From: Pseudomonadota bacterium | GTDB lineage: Bacteria; Desulfobacterota; JAPLJL01 | NCBI GenBank assembly: GCA_026388655.1 | Contig: JAPLJI010000057.1 | Location: 3,604 to 67,603 of the forward strand | DNA length: 64,000 nucleotides | Direction of reading: 5' to 3' | Shown here: one piece after another, positions 59,726 through 64,000 of the stretch | Layout of the letters: every line of letters begins with the position of its first letter | How positions within the stretch are numbered: position 1 is the stretch's first letter | Notes under the pieces: generated by a model | Database searches by the model: none | Seen by the model: the letters and a program-made list of their open reading frames with translations, nothing else | Told to the model about the DNA's origin: nothing | Translations under genes and position numbers: made by a program

Positions 59726-60619
59726 ATGAAAAAAACGAGCGCAGATTTCTATCTCAACCTTGCTCTCAAGAATCAGGGCCACCCCGTCTCCGTACCCCTG
59801 GCGGGAAGCCCTTTTGTCCGGATCGGGAGTTCGTTGACCAGCGACGTCCTGATCAACTCCCCGGAGATCTCCCCCCGGCACGCGGAAATCCTCTCCGGCC
59901 CGGAGGGGTTTGTCCTCCGGGAACCGGGGGAAGGGCGGGAGCGGAAGCTCGCCCCCGGTCAAAGCCAGAACCTGGGCATCCTGAGTATCTCCTTAAGCTC
60001 CGGGAAACCTTGCCTTTCTCCCCCCGCGGCGAGGAAATCCAGGACGAAGATTTCTCCCGGCCGGCTTCGCCTCATCCTCTTCGCTCTCATCGGCCTGGCC
60101 CTGGTCGGGCTTTTTCTGCTTCCCGCCCCGAAAGCCCCGGGACCGCCCTCCCTGCGGGAGGAGAACACCGGGTCCCCGGAACCCGGCCCCGGCCCGGGAG
60201 CAAATAGTTCACCGTCCTCTCCCGGCGGGGAGAGCATTTCCCTTCCTCCCGGTGAGAGAATCTCCCGGGCCCGGAATTCCCTCGCGCTGGGGGAGCAAAG
60301 GCTCCGGGACCGGAAGATCAGCATTGAAAACCTCGGCCTGGCCCGGGCGGAGTTCCAGAAAGCGGTTGATCTCCTGGAAGACCTCCCTCCCGCCCCGGAT
60401 TTATTGACCGCCCTGAACGCGCGGCTCCAGGAAACCGAGGGTTTTCTGGAAGAAGAATTCCGCCGGCGGAAGTTTTCCGCCGAGCAGGCCATCCGCTTCC
60501 AGGATTTCGACCGGGCCGAGCTCGAGTTGAAAAACATCCAGAAGCTCCTGGGCAACCCCAACGATCCCCGCTCCCGCTCCGCCCAGGAGCGGCTGAAAGA
60601 GATTGGCAGGGCAAATTAA
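59726..60619 (+). CDS. FHA-domain membrane protein
   Basis: N-terminal FHA-like segment (FVRIGSSLTSDVLINSPEISPRHAEI), one TM helix, and a Pro/Gly-rich linker followed by a helical C-terminus. Confidence 0.55.
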   Translation: MKKTSADFYLNLALKNQGHPVSVPLAGSPFVRIGSSLTSDVLINSPEISPRHAEILSGPEGFVLREPGEGRERKLAPGQSQNLGILSISLSSGKPCLSPPAARKSRTKISPGRLRLILFALIGLALVGLFLLPAPKAPGPPSLREENTGSPEPGPGPGANSSPSSPGGESISLPPGERISRARNSLALGEQRLRDRKISIENLGLARAEFQKAVDLLEDLPPAPDLLTALNARLQETEGFLEEEFRRRKFSAEQAIRFQDFDRAELELKNIQKLLGNPNDPRSRSAQERLKEIGRAN

Positions 60620-60659
60620 CGCCAGGAGACTGGGACACTGGGAAGAGGGAAAATAAAAA

Positions 60660-62264
60660 ATGCATAAACTCTTAATCTATCGGGAAAAGGAGTTGGTCCG
60701 GGAACTCGACCTGGAAAAGGAGTCCTATACCCTGGGCCGCGACCCGCATTGCGACCTTCCCCTCGAGGGTAACTTCATCTCCCGCCGGCACGCCCGGATT
60801 TGCCGGATCGAAACCGGCTGGATGATCGAGGATCTAAAAAGCACCAACGGGACCTTGATCGCCGGGGAAAGGATCTCTCGGAAAAAGCTGGAAGGCGGGG
60901 AGGAAATCCGGATCGGCCCCTTCCGGATCAATTTCCTCGCGCCCCCCCCGCCCGTCGAGCCAACCCGTGTGGCTCCCCCGGAAGAAACCACCGACAAAAC
61001 CGAGGGGAGGGATAAAGTCCCCGAAAAACCCGGCGAGGTCTTAAACGGAAAACCCGGCCTTCTTCTCCTCGGCCCGGAAGGCCTCCGCCGCTTTTTCCCG
61101 CTCCCCGAAAACCCGGGAGCCAGGGTCAGTCTCCCCGGGATCTCCGCCGAAATGGTTCGGGAGGACAAAAATATCATCCTCAGGTTTCCCTCCGAAAAAA
61201 ACCGGCCGGAAATGGTGGTCAAACCCGGGTGGCAAAACCTGCCTTCCGGTTTCTCGATCCTCCGGATCGAGCCCGGGGAAATCGTTTCCCTCGCTTCACC
61301 CGGGGCCCAAGATAAATCCGGCTTCAAAATCAAGCCCATCGCCCTGTTCATACCGCTTTTGCTGGCGGGGATTCTCTATCTGGTTTTTTCACCCCTGCCT
61401 TTTACGAAAAGCTCTTCCGCGCCCGCTCCCGCTCCGCCCCGGAACAAAATCGAATCACCCCCGGCAACCGGGACCGAAACCCCCTCGCCCACCCTTCCCC
61501 CGCCGGATCAAAACCTGGGCCTGGGCCCTTCGCCCGAGTCCCGAAAAACTCCGCCTCCCCTGCCCCCGCCCCCGGTCATGCTCCCTCCCGGGCCCGGTCC
61601 GACCCGGCCCCGGTCCGAGCCGCCCGAGGTGGTGATGCCCTCCGAGCCGCTCACCCCGGAGGAATCCCGCCCGGCTTCCCCGGACCGCCTGGCGAAAGGT
61701 TTTCAGGCTTACTCCGAAGGCAATCTCGGGCAGGCCCGGGAGGAATGGGCCTCGCTCGCCGTAAGAATCCCCCCGGCCGAACCCGACCGGGAAAGGGCCC
61801 TGCGGCTGGCCCAGCTTGCGGGAAAACTGCGGAGCGAGCTTCTCTTCGAGCAGGAGGCCGAAAAGCAGAAAAACCTGCAGGCCGCGCGGTTTCACTTCGA
61901 GTCCGCCCGGGCCCTGGACGGCGAGATCAACCCGGGCGGGAAAAGCCGGGTCCTGAAAGAAGCCCGGGAGGGATTGGCCCGGCTCATCTCCCTGGAAGGC
62001 GAGGATGCCTTCCGGCAGGGCGATTTCCCCGCGGCCTTTCTCCGCTTTAACGAAGCCCTGCGCTTTTCCCCCGATCTCGCGCCGGCCCGGAATGGCCTCG
62101 ACCGCCTGGCTGACCAGGCCCAGATCCTTTTCCGCGAAGCCTACAACCTGGAATCCGCCAACTGGGAAGAAGCCTCGAAAAAATACCGCCTGATTCTCCA
62201 GATCATCCCCGCAGGGCAGGAATACTATCGGAAGGCCTTCCGGAGGCTCGAGTTGCTCAAATGA
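60660..62264 (+). CDS. FHA-domain membrane protein with a Pro-rich linker and TPR-like C-terminus
   Basis: FHA signature YTLGRDPHCDLPLEGNFISRRHARI...STNGTLI, a TM helix, and a PPxP-rich region. ATGA overlap with the downstream kinase. Confidence 0.7.
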   Translation: MHKLLIYREKELVRELDLEKESYTLGRDPHCDLPLEGNFISRRHARICRIETGWMIEDLKSTNGTLIAGERISRKKLEGGEEIRIGPFRINFLAPPPPVEPTRVAPPEETTDKTEGRDKVPEKPGEVLNGKPGLLLLGPEGLRRFFPLPENPGARVSLPGISAEMVREDKNIILRFPSEKNRPEMVVKPGWQNLPSGFSILRIEPGEIVSLASPGAQDKSGFKIKPIALFIPLLLAGILYLVFSPLPFTKSSSAPAPAPPRNKIESPPATGTETPSPTLPPPDQNLGLGPSPESRKTPPPLPPPPVMLPPGPGPTRPRSEPPEVVMPSEPLTPEESRPASPDRLAKGFQAYSEGNLGQAREEWASLAVRIPPAEPDRERALRLAQLAGKLRSELLFEQEAEKQKNLQAARFHFESARALDGEINPGGKSRVLKEAREGLARLISLEGEDAFRQGDFPAAFLRFNEALRFSPDLAPARNGLDRLADQAQILFREAYNLESANWEEASKKYRLILQIIPAGQEYYRKAFRRLELLK

Positions 62265-64000
62265 ATCTTCCCTACCGCCTGGAAAGGTATGTCCTGATCG
62301 ATCTGATCGCTTCGGGCGGGATGGCCCAGGTTTACCGGGCCAAGACCCTGGGACCGGGCGGGTTCGAAAAAACCGTGGCGGTGAAAATGATCCATCCCCA
62401 CCTCTCCGCCGACCGGGACTTTATCGACATGCTGATCGACGAAGCCAAGCTGACCGCCCGTCTTACCCACCCGAACATCGCCCAGACCATCGATTTCCTG
62501 GAAGACGAAAATCATTACTTCCTGGTGATGGAATTCATCGAAGGGCAGAACCTCCGGAGGATCCTGAAAAGAGCCGAGGAGCTCGGCCGGCCCCTCGCCT
62601 TTCCGGACACCGCCTTCATCGCCCTGGGCGCGGCGGCCGGACTCGGCTTCGCCCATACCCGGATGGACGAGGACGACCGCCACCTGGGGATCATCCACCG
62701 CGACGTGAGCCCGCAGAACATCCTGGTCTCCTACGAGGGCGAAGTGAAGCTGGTGGATTTCGGCGTGGCCAAGGCCGCCGGGCGCCTCTCCGTCACCCAG
62801 ACCGGGGTCCTGAAGGGCAAGTTCGCCTACATGTCCCCCGAGCAGGCCGACGGCCAGGCCCTGGACCACCGCTCCGACATCTTTTCCCTCGGGGTGGTGA
62901 TGTACGAGCTTTTCACCGGCGACCGCCTCTTCCAGGGCGACAGTGACATCTCCACGCTCCGCCGCGTGCGCGAGGCCCGGGTGGAACCGCCCCGGAAAGC
63001 CTGCCCCGAGATCCCGGAGGAGCTCGAGGCCATCACCCTGCGCTGCCTGGCCCGCGAACCCGGCGCGCGCTACCAGGCCGCGGCCCGGCTCCGGGACGAC
63101 CTCCAGCTTTTTCTTTCCCGCTCCGGGTATTTCCAGTCTTCCCAGACCCTAAGCCGTTACCTGCTGGAGGCCTTTTCCGAAGAGCGGAAAAAAAACCGGA
63201 AAGAGGAGGAAAAGGATTTTAAAAAATATTTAACCGAGTCGGGATCGGAATCCGCCCAGTCCTCCTCGAGCCTGATCGGGACAACCCCTCTTCTGCTTCC
63301 CGGAAGCGCCGGAAAGGACGCCACGAAAAAACTGGCGGAAAAAATAACGTCGCCCTGGCTCAAGGTGATTTTCACCGGCATCGTGATTCTGATGCTCGCG
63401 GCCGCCGGCTTCTGGGCTTACCCGCGCTTTTTCCGGCCGGGATCAACCCCGGCGGAAACCGCCTCCCCGCCGGCCGTGACCGAACCCGCGGCCCCTGCCC
63501 CCCTGATGAATCCTCCCGTTCCGCCGCCGGTCGCCTCCCCGCCCGCGGAGCGGGAACAACCTCGGATTGTTTCGACCGGGGAAGTGGAGAGGAAAACGCC
63601 GAGTCCGCCGGCGGCGAAAAAAGCCCTCCCGCCTGCCGCCTTCCCTCCGGCCGCCACCCCGAAACCGATCGAGGTGGTCAAGCCTGAGCCGGACGTGGTC
63701 CTGCCCTCTGAGGACCTCAATCCCGAGGTCAAGCCCAGAACCGCCGCCAAAACCCCGGCGGTGGTAACCCCCTCCAAAAGCGAGGTTCTCGTCCCCGCCA
63801 AGGCGCCCGCCGAGCCGGGGATTCTCGCCCTGAACGTTCTGCCCTGGGCCATGGTCTTTATCGATGGGGAAAAGAAAGGGCGGAACACCCCGATCATCAG
63901 CCTGGAGCTCGCCCCCGGGTATCACTCGGTCCGGATCATCAACACCGAGCTGAAGGTGGACCGGACCATCCCGCTCGAGATCAGGCCCGGCGAAACCACC
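62261..64000 (+). CDS. Ser/Thr protein kinase (Hanks-type), 5' portion; continues past the window end
   Basis: Gly-rich loop IASGGMAQVY, VAVK, HRDVSPQNIL, and DFG. Followed by a TM helix and a Pro/Ala-rich extracellular region. Confidence 0.85.
   Translation, partial: MNLPYRLERYVLIDLIASGGMAQVYRAKTLGPGGFEKTVAVKMIHPHLSADRDFIDMLIDEAKLTARLTHPNIAQTIDFLEDENHYFLVMEFIEGQNLRRILKRAEELGRPLAFPDTAFIALGAAAGLGFAHTRMDEDDRHLGIIHRDVSPQNILVSYEGEVKLVDFGVAKAAGRLSVTQTGVLKGKFAYMSPEQADGQALDHRSDIFSLGVVMYELFTGDRLFQGDSDISTLRRVREARVEPPRKACPEIPEELEAITLRCLAREPGARYQAAARLRDDLQLFLSRSGYFQSSQTLSRYLLEAFSEERKKNRKEEEKDFKKYLTESGSESAQSSSSLIGTTPLLLPGSAGKDATKKLAEKITSPWLKVIFTGIVILMLAAAGFWAYPRFFRPGSTPAETASPPAVTEPAAPAPLMNPPVPPPVASPPAEREQPRIVSTGEVERKTPSPPAAKKALPPAAFPPAATPKPIEVVKPEPDVVLPSEDLNPEVKPRTAAKTPAVVTPSKSEVLVPAKAPAEPGILALNVLPWAMVFIDGEKKGRNTPIISLELAPGYHSVRIINTELKVDRTIPLEIRPGETT

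Overview
This is a high-GC (roughly 60-65%) bacterial chromosomal segment with several sharply AT-rich patches. I could not place it taxonomically beyond that.

Core genes:
- The first ~11 kb is a conserved housekeeping block, all on the minus strand: murA (5' fragment), prmC, prfA, rpmE, rho, pgeF, rluD, tatD, metG, a PSP1/YaaT-like protein and holB.
- This is followed by an ADP-forming acyl-CoA synthetase alpha-type gene, tmk-thiL-lon-hsp20, and an O-antigen-ligase/TPR gene plus a polyprenyl-phosphate sugar transferase.
- Further on lie an RND pump with a TolC-like OMP, a loose neighbourhood of CoA-ester metabolism genes, folK, mltF, queF, queE and queC (dispersed), a GlcD/GlcF-like oxidoreductase pair, a CrtI-like oxidoreductase, a FadL-like OMP, SDRs, Usp, and an FHA-FHA-Ser/Thr-kinase operon that runs off the 3' end.

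Notable features:
- The most interesting locus is an AT-rich candidate defence island at about 23.55-27.6 kb. It holds a MntA/HepT nucleotidyltransferase-HEPN toxin-antitoxin pair, a divergent XRE regulator, a small lipoprotein, a 284-aa uncharacterised protein with an Rx4H (HEPN-like) motif, and then about 1 kb of gene-free, hairpin- and palindrome-rich DNA.
- Other AT-rich inserts are a 658-aa polytopic GT-C-like membrane protein (12.6-15.1 kb), a HEAT-repeat protein next to a RelE/RelB pair (45.8-47.3 kb), and a frameshifted IS200-like transposase remnant (56.6-56.95 kb).
- Intergenic spacers are unusually rich in short direct repeats and at least three MITE/REP-like element families. One copy is inserted in-frame inside the prmC coding sequence.
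- I found no rRNA, tRNA or CRISPR array by eye.
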